Assembly: GCA_017937215.1 (NCBI GenBank)
Contig: JAGBDZ010000043.1
Span: forward strand, 41,174-105,173
Length of the DNA: 64,000 bases
Direction of reading: 5' to 3'
From: Akkermansia sp.
GTDB lineage: Bacteria > Verrucomicrobiota > Verrucomicrobiia > Verrucomicrobiales > Akkermansiaceae
The translations under genes and the position numbers were made by a program. The notes below the pieces were generated by a model. The model was not told where the DNA came from. It was given only the letters and a program-made list of their open reading frames with translations, and ran no database searches. Positions 18,089-26,394 of this stretch are shown here, in pieces. Position 1 is the first letter of the stretch, and each line of letters begins with the position of its first letter.

Positions 18089-21000
18089 ATGTTAAGTTCT
18101 GCACTCAATCCCGACCGCGCAACGCTTAATTTCCTGAACGCCTATTCCGAACAGGTGCGCAACGCGGGCGAAAAGCTCCAGAAGGATGGAGCCGTGACGC
18201 AAATTTTCGGTAACCACCTCTACATTCAGGGGCGCGTTGAAACGAGAGTGGGCGTCTTCCGCACGAGTCTGCGTCTGCAGGGTAACCGCTGGTTCGGTTC
18301 CTGCTCGGCAGAGGACGAGCGTGTTGCCGGTGCCTGTCTCATTGCAACCATGGTGGAGCGCATGTATCGCGGTGCCAACATGCCGGAGAGCCCGAATGAA
18401 CTGAACGAAGTCCCCCTTTCTGACCTGCTGGAGGAAAAGTTGAACCGCGACCTGGACGACCGTGAGTCCGACTACGTGACCAAGCTGGAGAAGCGCTACC
18501 GCCGCTTCGCCATCGAGCAGGAAATACATGACCATGACCTGGTGCGTCTCAACCCCCGCTGGGAGATTACGGGGTATGAGGCACTGGAGCTCTGGCCCAC
18601 GCCGCCGCGCAACATCCTGGAGTTCTGGAACTACATCGCCTATGCCTTCACCAAGAAGCGCATTGCCTACCCGGAATTCATGAATGTGGTGACGGACCTC
18701 GAGAAGGTTCAGAAGCGCATTTCCGAGTGGGAGCGAGAGAAGGAAGTCGGCACTTGGTACGAGCGCATCCAGAGCGTGAACGAGCGCCCGCCGCAGCCTC
18801 CCCGCCACCCGCTTTATATGCGTCTGGTTTCCACCATCAACGAGGCTCATTTCGAGTTCCGCCTGGAGGAAAAGGAGGACTGGACCTCCATCCGCGACCG
18901 CAATACGCTGGATGAACTCATAAAGGAATTCCTGAATGGCGCTCTCAAGTGCGATCCCCAGACGGAGATTCTGCTCAATGTGCTGCGCGACTACGCGGAG
19001 CGACAGGATTCTGTGGTGCTCGACCTCGATGACGAGGCCGCCTGTCGCGTGATGAATGTGCTCTTCCACCAGCCGGCTCTGAAGGGCTACCTGGTGAACC
19101 TGGATGAGTGCTACTTCAAGGTGGTGCGCGAGCCGCTCAAGTGGATTTGTATCGATGACCCCATTGTGCCGGATTGCTACGGCCTGCAGCTCGTCACGGC
19201 TGCTGGCGTGCACGTGACCCACTCGGTGCGTCAGCTGCCGGGCCAGGTGGAGCTCTACCAGTCCGACGAAACCGTGTTCCCCGGCCCGCCCCGCTGGCTG
19301 GAAAGCACAGAAGTGGAGCCCCGCTACTCCATTCCCAAGACCGTGATTGACAGTCTGGACGGCGTGGAGTTCCTGCGCAAGATTGGTGCCACCCTGCCGC
19401 CGAGCATGGAGGAGCGCGTCATCGACATTGAGATGAAGCCCACCTTCAGCATGAAGATTGTGCGCGGCCTGACCAGTGCCGATACCGAGCACGTGCTGCT
19501 GGAGGTGAATGCCCAGGACGACCCCGGCCGCCGTCGTGAGCGTCTGGGCAAGGACGATTGGGAACTCATCGAGCAGCAGCCGGTGAAGGACCACACGCTG
19601 CTCCGCTTCATCCGTGATTATCTCTACCCCATCCCCGGTCTGCTGGAGGAGATGAACTTCACCTACGACACGCAGATGGAGGCCTTCAAGAGCCGCATCA
19701 CCAAGCAGTTCCCCGAGAAATTTGCCGAATGGGCCAAGAATATCCCGGAGACCATCAATGTAGAGATGGACGAGAATCTGAAGTCTCTGCTGGCTGATCC
19801 GGTGGCTGCTGCCATCCGCTTCGAGGTGGTCAATCAGGAAATCGACTGGTTCGACCTGCGTGTGGTTATCGATGTGGAGGGTGTCACCCTCACCAAGGAG
19901 CAGATCCGTTCCCTCGTCTCTGCCCGCGGTGGCTATGTACGCATGGACGATGGCCGCTGGATGCGCCTCGAAATCAAGCTGGACGATGCCCAGCGCGATG
20001 CCGTTACCAAGCTGGGTCTGGATCCCTTCGACCTCTCCGGCGAGACGCACCGCATGCATGCCCTGCAGCTGGCCGACCCGCGTGCGGCCGAGGTATTCGA
20101 CCCGAAGGCCTGGCAGCGCATCAAGGAGCGCACCGCTGAAATTAAGATTGATGTGAAGCCGGATGTGCCCTCCACCTTGCAGGCTACGCTCCGTCCCTAC
20201 CAGATTGAAGGTTTCCACTTCCTGGCCTACCTCGCAGAAAACGGTTTCGGCGGTATTCTGGCCGACGACATGGGTCTGGGTAAGACCATCCAGTCCATCA
20301 CCTACATGCTGTGGCTGCGCGAGGATTATATACGCCGCAACAAGCAGGGCCGCAAGAAGGTGGTCATTCCGCCGGTGCTCATCGTGTGTCCCAAGTCCGT
20401 GTTGGACGTCTGGGCCAGCGAAACCGAAAAATTCGCCCCCGGCGTGCGCGTCATGGTCATCCGCAACAAGGAACAGGCGGATGTGGAGAACATCCTGGCC
20501 AACTATGATATGGTGGTCATCAACTACGCCCAGCTCCGCGTCTGCGGCGAGCAGATAAACGCCATCAAGTGGCTCACCGTCATTCTGGACGAAGGTCAGC
20601 AGATCAAGAACCCGGACTCCAAGGCCGCCAAGGCTGCCCGTGAAATCAATGCCTATAACCGCCTGGTGCTCTCCGGTACGCCTATCGAAAACCGCCTGCT
20701 GGATATGTGGTCGCTCATGGCCTTTGCCATGCCCGGCGTGCTCGGCAGCCGCGCCTACTTCAAGAAGCGTTTCGACAAGCGCAAGGACTCCCAGAGCCAG
20801 AACCGTCTGGCTGCGCGTCTCAAGCCCTTCCTCCTGCGCCGCACCAAGCAGCAGGTGGCCAAGGACCTGCCGCCGCGTACCGAAGAAGAGGTATACGCCA
20901 AGATGGAAGGCATTCAGCGCCAGCTCTACAAGGCCGAGCTGCGCCGCATCCAGAAGGCCCTCCTTGGCGTGGATTCCGACGAGTCGGTCAAGAAAAACTC

Positions 21001-21631
21001 CTTCGCCATTCTGCAGGGCCTCATGCGTCTGCGTCAGATCTGCTGTCACCCCGGTCTTGTCGATCCCAAGTACGCCAAGGAAGACAGCGCCAAGCTCACC
21101 GCCCTCTTCTACCTGCTCGACCAGCTGCGCGAGGAAGGTCACAAGGTGCTGGTGTTCTCCCAGTTCGTCTCCATGCTTGAGATTATCAAGGCCAAGCTCG
21201 AGGAAAGCAACTATCCGTACAACTACCTCACCGGTCAGACCAAGGACCGTAAGGCTGAGATTGAGAAGTTCCAGACCACCAAGGAACCCAGCGTGTTCCT
21301 CCTTTCCCTCAAGGCCGGTGGCGCCGGTCTTAACCTCACCTCCGCCTCCTACGTCATCCTGTACGACCCGTGGTGGAACCCCGCTGTGGAAAGCCAGGCT
21401 ATCGACCGTACGCACCGAATCGGCCAGAAGAACAAGGTTATCGCCTACCGCCTCCTCACCCGCGATTCCGTGGAAGAGAAGATTCGTGTGCTCCAGCACC
21501 AGAAGAACCAGCTCGTCACCAATGTGCTCGGCGATGAAGGCTTCGCCTCCAGCCTCGACCTCAATGACCTGCAGTTCATCCTGGCTCACGGCGGCGAGGA
21601 TAACGACGACGACGTGGTCATCGACGCTTAA
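18089..21631 (+). CDS. SNF2-family DNA/RNA helicase with long N-terminal SNF2-associated region and degenerate SWIM-like segment
   Basis: 1180 aa; ILADDMGLGKT, DEGQQIKN, LSGTPIENRL, DPWWNPAVESQAIDRTHRIGQ helicase motifs. Confidence 0.9.
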   Translation: MLSSALNPDRATLNFLNAYSEQVRNAGEKLQKDGAVTQIFGNHLYIQGRVETRVGVFRTSLRLQGNRWFGSCSAEDERVAGACLIATMVERMYRGANMPESPNELNEVPLSDLLEEKLNRDLDDRESDYVTKLEKRYRRFAIEQEIHDHDLVRLNPRWEITGYEALELWPTPPRNILEFWNYIAYAFTKKRIAYPEFMNVVTDLEKVQKRISEWEREKEVGTWYERIQSVNERPPQPPRHPLYMRLVSTINEAHFEFRLEEKEDWTSIRDRNTLDELIKEFLNGALKCDPQTEILLNVLRDYAERQDSVVLDLDDEAACRVMNVLFHQPALKGYLVNLDECYFKVVREPLKWICIDDPIVPDCYGLQLVTAAGVHVTHSVRQLPGQVELYQSDETVFPGPPRWLESTEVEPRYSIPKTVIDSLDGVEFLRKIGATLPPSMEERVIDIEMKPTFSMKIVRGLTSADTEHVLLEVNAQDDPGRRRERLGKDDWELIEQQPVKDHTLLRFIRDYLYPIPGLLEEMNFTYDTQMEAFKSRITKQFPEKFAEWAKNIPETINVEMDENLKSLLADPVAAAIRFEVVNQEIDWFDLRVVIDVEGVTLTKEQIRSLVSARGGYVRMDDGRWMRLEIKLDDAQRDAVTKLGLDPFDLSGETHRMHALQLADPRAAEVFDPKAWQRIKERTAEIKIDVKPDVPSTLQATLRPYQIEGFHFLAYLAENGFGGILADDMGLGKTIQSITYMLWLREDYIRRNKQGRKKVVIPPVLIVCPKSVLDVWASETEKFAPGVRVMVIRNKEQADVENILANYDMVVINYAQLRVCGEQINAIKWLTVILDEGQQIKNPDSKAAKAAREINAYNRLVLSGTPIENRLLDMWSLMAFAMPGVLGSRAYFKKRFDKRKDSQSQNRLAARLKPFLLRRTKQQVAKDLPPRTEEEVYAKMEGIQRQLYKAELRRIQKALLGVDSDESVKKNSFAILQGLMRLRQICCHPGLVDPKYAKEDSAKLTALFYLLDQLREEGHKVLVFSQFVSMLEIIKAKLEESNYPYNYLTGQTKDRKAEIEKFQTTKEPSVFLLSLKAGGAGLNLTSASYVILYDPWWNPAVESQAIDRTHRIGQKNKVIAYRLLTRDSVEEKIRVLQHQKNQLVTNVLGDEGFASSLDLNDLQFILAHGGEDNDDDVVIDA

Positions 21632-21638
21632 TTCTCAA

Positions 21639-21696
21639 CCAAACCTCACAAAAAGCCCCATTCCCAGCACGGAATGGGGCTTTTTGTAAGGTTTGG
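21639..21696. terminator. Long bidirectional hairpin terminator after SNF2 gene
   Basis: CCAAACC..ACAAAAAGCCCCATTCC-loop-GGAATGGGGCTTTTTGT..GGTTTGG, about 26-bp arms. Confidence 0.65.
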
Positions 21697-21698
21697 CT

Positions 21699-21732
21699 GA
21701 TGTTTCTATTGCTAACAAAATCTTTGGGACAC
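21699..21732 (+). repeat. 34-bp repeat unit GATGTTTCTATTGCTAACAAAATCTTTGGGACAC, left arm of a perfect inverted repeat
   Basis: Exact reverse complement present at 22086-22119; third copy (29/34) at 61470-61503. Confidence 0.9.
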
Positions 21733-21777
21733 ATGTGACACACGTATGGCGTGTGGTTTGCGTGTCATCCTTTTTGC

Positions 21778-21806
21778 TTGCATTTGCCGGTGGAATGTGG
21801 TTGAAT
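21778..21806 (+). promoter_or_regulatory. Candidate tRNA-Leu promoter TTGCAT-17-TTGAAT
   Basis: Hexamers at 21778-21783 and 21801-21806, 14 nt upstream of the tRNA 5' end. Confidence 0.35.
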
Positions 21807-21820
21807 TCAACCCGCAACGC

Positions 21821-21904
21821 GCTACAGTGGCGGAATGGTAGACGCAGGAGACTTAAAATCTCCCGATGGATGACATCGTACGGGTTCGAGTCCCGTCTGT
21901 AGTA
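21821..21904 (+). tRNA. tRNA-Leu (anticodon TAA), type II with long variable arm
   Basis: Acceptor GCTACAG/CTGTAGT (G1-U72), TGGCGGAATGGTAGACGC D region, anticodon arm GGAGA-CTTAAAA-TCTCC, variable arm CGATG-GATGA-CATCG, T arm ACGGG-TTCGAGT-CCCGT. Confidence 0.9.
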
Positions 21905-21917
21905 GTTGAAAAATAAA

Positions 21918-21952
21918 GGGTTATGGCTTTTTTGCCGTAACCCTGTTTTTTT
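21918..21952 (+). terminator. Rho-independent terminator after tRNA-Leu
   Basis: GGGTTATGGC-TTTTTT-GCCGTAACCC hairpin followed by TGTTTTTTT. Confidence 0.6.
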
Positions 21953-22085
21953 GCCCTGATGCCCGGAAAACACCAGAATACGACCATATGTGGCGAGGAA
22001 ATACTCACCAAACACTCACCAGATGCGTGCTGCCGGGCAAATCAACAGTACAAAAATCTTTGGGTGACACGAGGCAAGACCACAC

Positions 22086-22119
22086 GTGTCCCAAAGATTT
22101 TGTTAGCAATAGAAACATC
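22086..22119 (-). repeat. 34-bp repeat unit, right arm of the perfect inverted repeat around tRNA-Leu
   Basis: GTGTCCCAAAGATTTTGTTAGCAATAGAAACATC is the exact reverse complement of 21699-21732. Confidence 0.9.
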
Positions 22120-22150
22120 AACAACATTTGTGAAGAAGCCTCCCCTCTGC

Positions 22151-22265
22151 TCGATAAATTGGAATTTGCGGGGGAGGAACTTTGTCGAAGCACGGGACTT
22201 TAGTCCCGATTAAATGCACCGTGATTTCGGGACTGAAGTCCCGTGCTCCGATAACGATAAACATC
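22151..22265 (+). repeat. Nested-hairpin interspersed repeat, copy 1 (tail + 64-nt core + CGATAAACATC)
   Basis: Core 22187-22250 GAAGCACGGGACTTTAGTCCCGATTAAATGCACCGTGATTTCGGGACTGAAGTCCCGTGCTCCG with two GGGACTnnAGTCCC palindromes; near-identical to 61335-61443. Confidence 0.9.
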
Positions 22266-22382
22266 AATTTACCGAGCTCTTCTTTCAAACTTTGGGACAC
22301 GTGTGAGGCAAGACATGCGTAATGTCTCCACAGGCTTGACTCTCTAACAGGTGTGCATTATACTCCTGCTGCAGTGAATCAG

Positions 22383-23363
22383 ATGAATATGAAATGGATG
22401 ACGGGCCTGCTGCTCTGTGTGGCCGGGCAGGCAGTGGCGGCTACGGAGCCGACTCCCATGCCGGAGTATGCGCAGCATGTATTTCTGGGCGAGCTGGGAA
22501 CTGCTGCCCTGGTGCTGGTGGTGCTGGGGTTTGTGGGGCTGCTGATTGCCACGGCAAACAAGATTAATCTGCACAACGGCCTGGGAGATATATATCTGTC
22601 GGCCCCGGTTTCTCTGGTGTGCTGGGCGGGTGTGGCCTGGTTGTTTTACATGGGCTACCGCGGGGATGATCTGCTGCCTTATCTGGAGGCGCGTCTCTGG
22701 TGCGCCGGGAGCATGGTGGGTGTGCCGGCCGTGTATTCATTCTTTATGGTACGCCGCTGCAACCCCGGGCGAGGCCTTTTCGCTATTCTGTCCGGTACGC
22801 TGGCGCGTCTGTTTGCGGATATGCTTTACCAGCTCTGCTCGCTGCTGCTGGTGCTGTGCACGCTGCTGCTCATTCTGGGCGGGCGTAAGAAGGAGGGGGA
22901 TAAATCCGGTCTTATCAATATGCTGATTACGGTGCTGGGCATTGGTCTGCTCAACAAGTGCGTGTGGGGCACCATACGCTCCACTTCTCGTGAACCGATT
23001 TCCGGGAATGGCTACCTGGTGGCCATTCTGCACCTGCTTTGCTTCGGTGGTGCTATTTATGGGGTGTATACCTATGTGCAGCACAACCCGCAGAAGGATG
23101 CCAGCGCGCTGGTGCAGGCGGTGCATGCGCACCAGCCGGAGCTGGTGCTGGAGCTCATGGCCAGAAATCCTATGATGGGGCTTGAGGCCGGGGTGCAGGC
23201 CGCTGTCGAGTCTCGCAACCTGGTGATGCTGAATCACATTGTGCGCGGCTCTGCGGAGCTGGAGGTGGCTCTGGCCCATGCGAAGGCCCGCAATCTGACT
23301 ACTGTAGTAAGTTTCCTGGAGAAAAAAGCGAGACTTTCTCTCCCTGAAGCACCGGCGAGGTGA
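22383..23363 (+). CDS. Hypothetical polytopic membrane protein with C-terminal helical-repeat (ankyrin-like) tail
   Basis: ORF 22353-23363; ATG at 22383 (MNMKWMTGLLLCVAGQAVAA); multiple hydrophobic segments. The ankyrin-like call is weak. Confidence 0.55.
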   Translation: MNMKWMTGLLLCVAGQAVAATEPTPMPEYAQHVFLGELGTAALVLVVLGFVGLLIATANKINLHNGLGDIYLSAPVSLVCWAGVAWLFYMGYRGDDLLPYLEARLWCAGSMVGVPAVYSFFMVRRCNPGRGLFAILSGTLARLFADMLYQLCSLLLVLCTLLLILGGRKKEGDKSGLINMLITVLGIGLLNKCVWGTIRSTSREPISGNGYLVAILHLLCFGGAIYGVYTYVQHNPQKDASALVQAVHAHQPELVLELMARNPMMGLEAGVQAAVESRNLVMLNHIVRGSAELEVALAHAKARNLTTVVSFLEKKARLSLPEAPAR

Positions 23364-23425
23364 GCCTTCCTCGCCGGAGCGGCGTGCCGCCTTTCCATCT
23401 TGTCCATGGGGGAGTATGGGTATTT

Positions 23426-23522
23426 CCGAAGCACGGGACTTCAGTCCCGATTGAATGCACCGTGATTTCGGGGCAGAAGTCCCGTGCTCCGACAAAGTTT
23501 CCTCCGCCAATTTCCAATTTGG
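23426..23522. repeat. Nested-hairpin interspersed repeat, copy 2 (core + inverted tail)
   Basis: CCGAAGCACGGGACTTCAGTCCCGATTGAATGCACCGTGATTTCGGGGCAGAAGTCCCGTGCTCCG followed by ACAAAGTTTCCTCCGCCAATTTCCAATTTGG, which is the reverse complement of the copy-1 tail. Confidence 0.9.
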
Positions 23523-23576
23523 CGCGCATATGGCACAAGCTTTGGAAGAAGAGTCCGGATATTCGTGGGCATGCGC

Positions 23577-23614
23577 AAAAAAATCCCCGCCGCTCCGGTC
23601 GGGAGGGCGGGGAT
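23577..23614 (-). terminator. Rho-independent terminator after glycoside hydrolase gene
   Basis: ATCCCCGCC...GGCGGGGAT hairpin with a T-run on the minus strand (A-run 23577-23583). Confidence 0.6.
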
Positions 23615-23636
23615 GAAGAAAGCAGTGTGCAGATGA

Positions 23637-26207
23637 TTACTTGGCTGCGGGAGCGCCTTCCATCACAATAATCTCCATGGGCTCCAGTGAGATGCTGATG
23701 GGTGTATCAACATCCACGGCCTTGTCCATGATGCCGCTGAGCACGCGCTGGTCAGCAAAGGAGCTGCGCAGGATGATGGAGCCGGTCACCTTGGGAGGCA
23801 CATCGAGCATCTGGCGCAGGGTGGTATTCAGCGTCTTGGGGTTGGCGGAGGAGTTGCGCAGGGTCAGGGTGCACTTGGTGGGAGACCAGGCAGCCCAGCC
23901 GTAGATATCGCCGTCCTTCTTGGCCTTGTCCCAGGGATTGCCGCCCACCCAGTGGGTATCGGCCAGCACGTCAGCGTTGCGGCGCACCCAGGCAATGCAC
24001 TTGGCGAGTTCGTCCCAAAGCACGCCGCCATCCTTGTTCAGAATATCAGAATCCGCATAGATCTCCTGGAGGCTGGAGCCACTGGCAAATGCTGTGCGCA
24101 TTTCCTTGATGCAGTTGGCGGGATCCTGGCTCATGACGCGGGGCGGACCATTCTTGGTGATGATGGTGCCGTGAATCATGACGGAGTTGATGGGGAAGAG
24201 CGGGGCGCCCTCCACGAATACCTCGTGCACGAGGCGGTCGCGGTAGGTAATCCAGCGGTCGCGGGCGTCGCCCATGTTGCCCATCTGGTCAAAGTCGTTC
24301 TCCTGGCGCCAGACGCAATCCGAGTGGAAGAACCAGAACGGACTGGCCCAGGTGCCCACCGTGGTGTTGAGGTAGATGTCCGGGCGGGCTTTGCGCAAGG
24401 CGGCGAGCACGTTCAGAATACCCTCACAGTCTTCCAGCGCGCCGGGGCCCTTGGCGTGGAACTTGGTGGAGATGCCGTCGAACTTGAAGTAGCGCATGTC
24501 GTAGTTCTTCACCATGTCGGAGCAGCGGCCCACAAAGGCGTTGAAGTATTCCGGGTTGGAGAGCTCGAAGTTGGCAATGCGGTTATTGGGGTGCGTCTTA
24601 TTCCAGTAGCCGATGCGCATGCCCTTGGCAGCGCCGTAGCCGCCCACCGGGCCGAGCCAGGTGCCCATACCGCAGTCCATGCTGGTGGCTACCTCGTTCA
24701 GCTTGGAGAAGCCGTTCGGGAAGCCGACGTGGAAGTCCCACAGGCTGTTGAAATCATCCCAGCCATCGTCGAGGATGTAGGCATCGAGCTTGACGTTGCG
24801 CTTTTCGAAGAGCTCTTTTTTCCAGGTGTTGAGGATGTTCAGGGAAAGCTCTTCATTGCTGCGCTTTTTCGGGTCTACCTCGAAATTGCGGGTAATGCCT
24901 ACTTCGTACCAGTCGTTGTAGTGCACAAAGGGACGATAGGGGACTGCTCGCTCTCGCTCGATGTAGCGCAGGAAGGAACGACGATGCTGTCCCGGCTGGA
25001 AGAGACCGATGACGGAGTTTACCTTCCAGGGGAACTCCTTGGTCAGATTGGTTTTGCGCACCCAGGTGCCGCGCACCATGTCCTCCGGAACCGGCGCTGT
25101 GGTTTCTTCCGGGTTGCCCATGGCCAGGGAGAGGGAGATACGGCCGCTGCTGGTGATGGGTTCGGTCTTTTTCTCCACCCAGTAACGCAGGTGGTACGTG
25201 CCGGCCACAGGAACGACCATGCGGTATTCGGCGTCCTGGGAATTGTGGCCGGTGTAGCCGGGGTGAATATCCTCTGCAATAACCTGACCAGCAGATGTGA
25301 CCAGCTGCACACCCACCATGTTCAGGCGGTGATTGCCGCGTTCGTACTCAAAGTCAACGACGAGCTCGCCGGGTTCCAGGAAGTTCACCGGGCCTTCGGC
25401 CACAGCGAGATCACGCAGCACGGGGCCATTCTGGGCGTTGTACTTAGTGCCATAAACCGGAATGAAGCTTTCCGGCACGTTAAAGGCACTGCCAAACATG
25501 CCCGGGGTCCATGCTTCGGGGGTCCATGTGTCTTCCTGAGCCGCGCCGTGCTGCCCCACTGACATGACGGACATGGGCGTTTCCAGTCCCATGAAGAGCT
25601 TTTCGGTGATGGCCACGGTTCCGTGCGTGGTGTTGCCGGAGATAGAGGGAATGCCACCGGCCTCCGTGGGTACTACCTGCAGGGCGGTGATGTTGTTGAA
25701 GGGAACCGGCTTGTCGGTTGCTTTCAGGGTGAACTCCTGACGCAGGTAGGCAGAACCGTCGCGCAGCACGGCTTTCCAGTCGATGCTGAATGAACCGTCC
25801 GGGGCGGTGAAGGTGGCGGTAATGGCCTGGCCCGGCAGCTGAGCAGAGACGCGCAAGTCATTCTTATCGGGGGTGAGCTCTTCCAGCTTGAGCTCTGAAA
25901 CTTTCATATCAGTGGAGCTCATCTGCTTGCCATCTCCCAGGGTCAAGGAGAATACCGGGCCGCCGCTTTCGAGGAGCAGGGTGCCATCCGGACCCTTAAA
26001 ACCGCCAAATTCCACGCCTCCATCCTTGCTGATGAATGTGGCTGTCAGCAGTTTGTTGCTCAGGGTGTATTCATTCGCTGTTTGTGCGGCCTTGCCCTCG
26101 CCAATGGGGTTTTTTGCGGAATCATCATTGCAGCTGACCAGGGAAAGTCCGAGTCCTGCTGCGGCAATGGACGCCAGAAGTGTATGAAGAAAAATATTTT
26201 TACGCAT
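23637..26207 (-). CDS. Secreted lipoprotein glycoside hydrolase, clan GH-D-like TIM barrel (alpha-galactosidase / alpha-GalNAc-ase-like)
   Basis: Lipobox LSLVSCN from the Met at 26207. YILDDGWDDFNSLWDF...GMGTWLGP...MRYFKFDGIS resembles GH27/36 DDGW and KWD-type motifs. The exact family is not resolved by eye. Confidence 0.55.
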   Translation of the reverse strand: MRKNIFLHTLLASIAAAGLGLSLVSCNDDSAKNPIGEGKAAQTANEYTLSNKLLTATFISKDGGVEFGGFKGPDGTLLLESGGPVFSLTLGDGKQMSSTDMKVSELKLEELTPDKNDLRVSAQLPGQAITATFTAPDGSFSIDWKAVLRDGSAYLRQEFTLKATDKPVPFNNITALQVVPTEAGGIPSISGNTTHGTVAITEKLFMGLETPMSVMSVGQHGAAQEDTWTPEAWTPGMFGSAFNVPESFIPVYGTKYNAQNGPVLRDLAVAEGPVNFLEPGELVVDFEYERGNHRLNMVGVQLVTSAGQVIAEDIHPGYTGHNSQDAEYRMVVPVAGTYHLRYWVEKKTEPITSSGRISLSLAMGNPEETTAPVPEDMVRGTWVRKTNLTKEFPWKVNSVIGLFQPGQHRRSFLRYIERERAVPYRPFVHYNDWYEVGITRNFEVDPKKRSNEELSLNILNTWKKELFEKRNVKLDAYILDDGWDDFNSLWDFHVGFPNGFSKLNEVATSMDCGMGTWLGPVGGYGAAKGMRIGYWNKTHPNNRIANFELSNPEYFNAFVGRCSDMVKNYDMRYFKFDGISTKFHAKGPGALEDCEGILNVLAALRKARPDIYLNTTVGTWASPFWFFHSDCVWRQENDFDQMGNMGDARDRWITYRDRLVHEVFVEGAPLFPINSVMIHGTIITKNGPPRVMSQDPANCIKEMRTAFASGSSLQEIYADSDILNKDGGVLWDELAKCIAWVRRNADVLADTHWVGGNPWDKAKKDGDIYGWAAWSPTKCTLTLRNSSANPKTLNTTLRQMLDVPPKVTGSIILRSSFADQRVLSGIMDKAVDVDTPISISLEPMEIIVMEGAPAAK

Positions 26208-26328
26208 AACGGCAGTATTACGATAATTACCAGTTAGAAATCTACCATAACCAGAGCGCGATGACAAGCCGAAAATGCCGCATGTCTGCTGTTATTTGAT
26301 AAACTTTCTGATATCAGACTGTTTGTAG

Positions 26329-26375
26329 AAAAAAACGGCAGCCGGTCCAGAAGCGGACTGACTGCCGGGTTTTTC
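26329..26375. terminator. Bidirectional hairpin terminator downstream of GH2 gene
   Basis: A-run, CGGCAG...CTGCCG hairpin, then T-run (GGGTTTTT). Confidence 0.5.
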
Positions 26376-26394
26376 GAATGGGATGAGGAGTGGG

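Noticed and set aside
21959-22300. Short ORFs translated from the repeat elements: 21959-22213, 21988-22203, 22118-22300, 23299-23538, 61317-61598, 61339-61551, and the first 90 codons of 44881-45594
   Set aside because: Their shared peptides (GARDFSPEITVHLIGTKVPCF, LCRSTGL and similar) arise because the same palindromic DNA repeat is read in both directions. They have no independent coding signal.
22187-23491. CRISPR array formed by the hairpin repeats
   Set aside because: Copies are 1.2-22 kb apart, differ in orientation, are about 64 nt with flanking tails, and are separated by genes rather than by uniform short spacers. No cas genes are present in the window.
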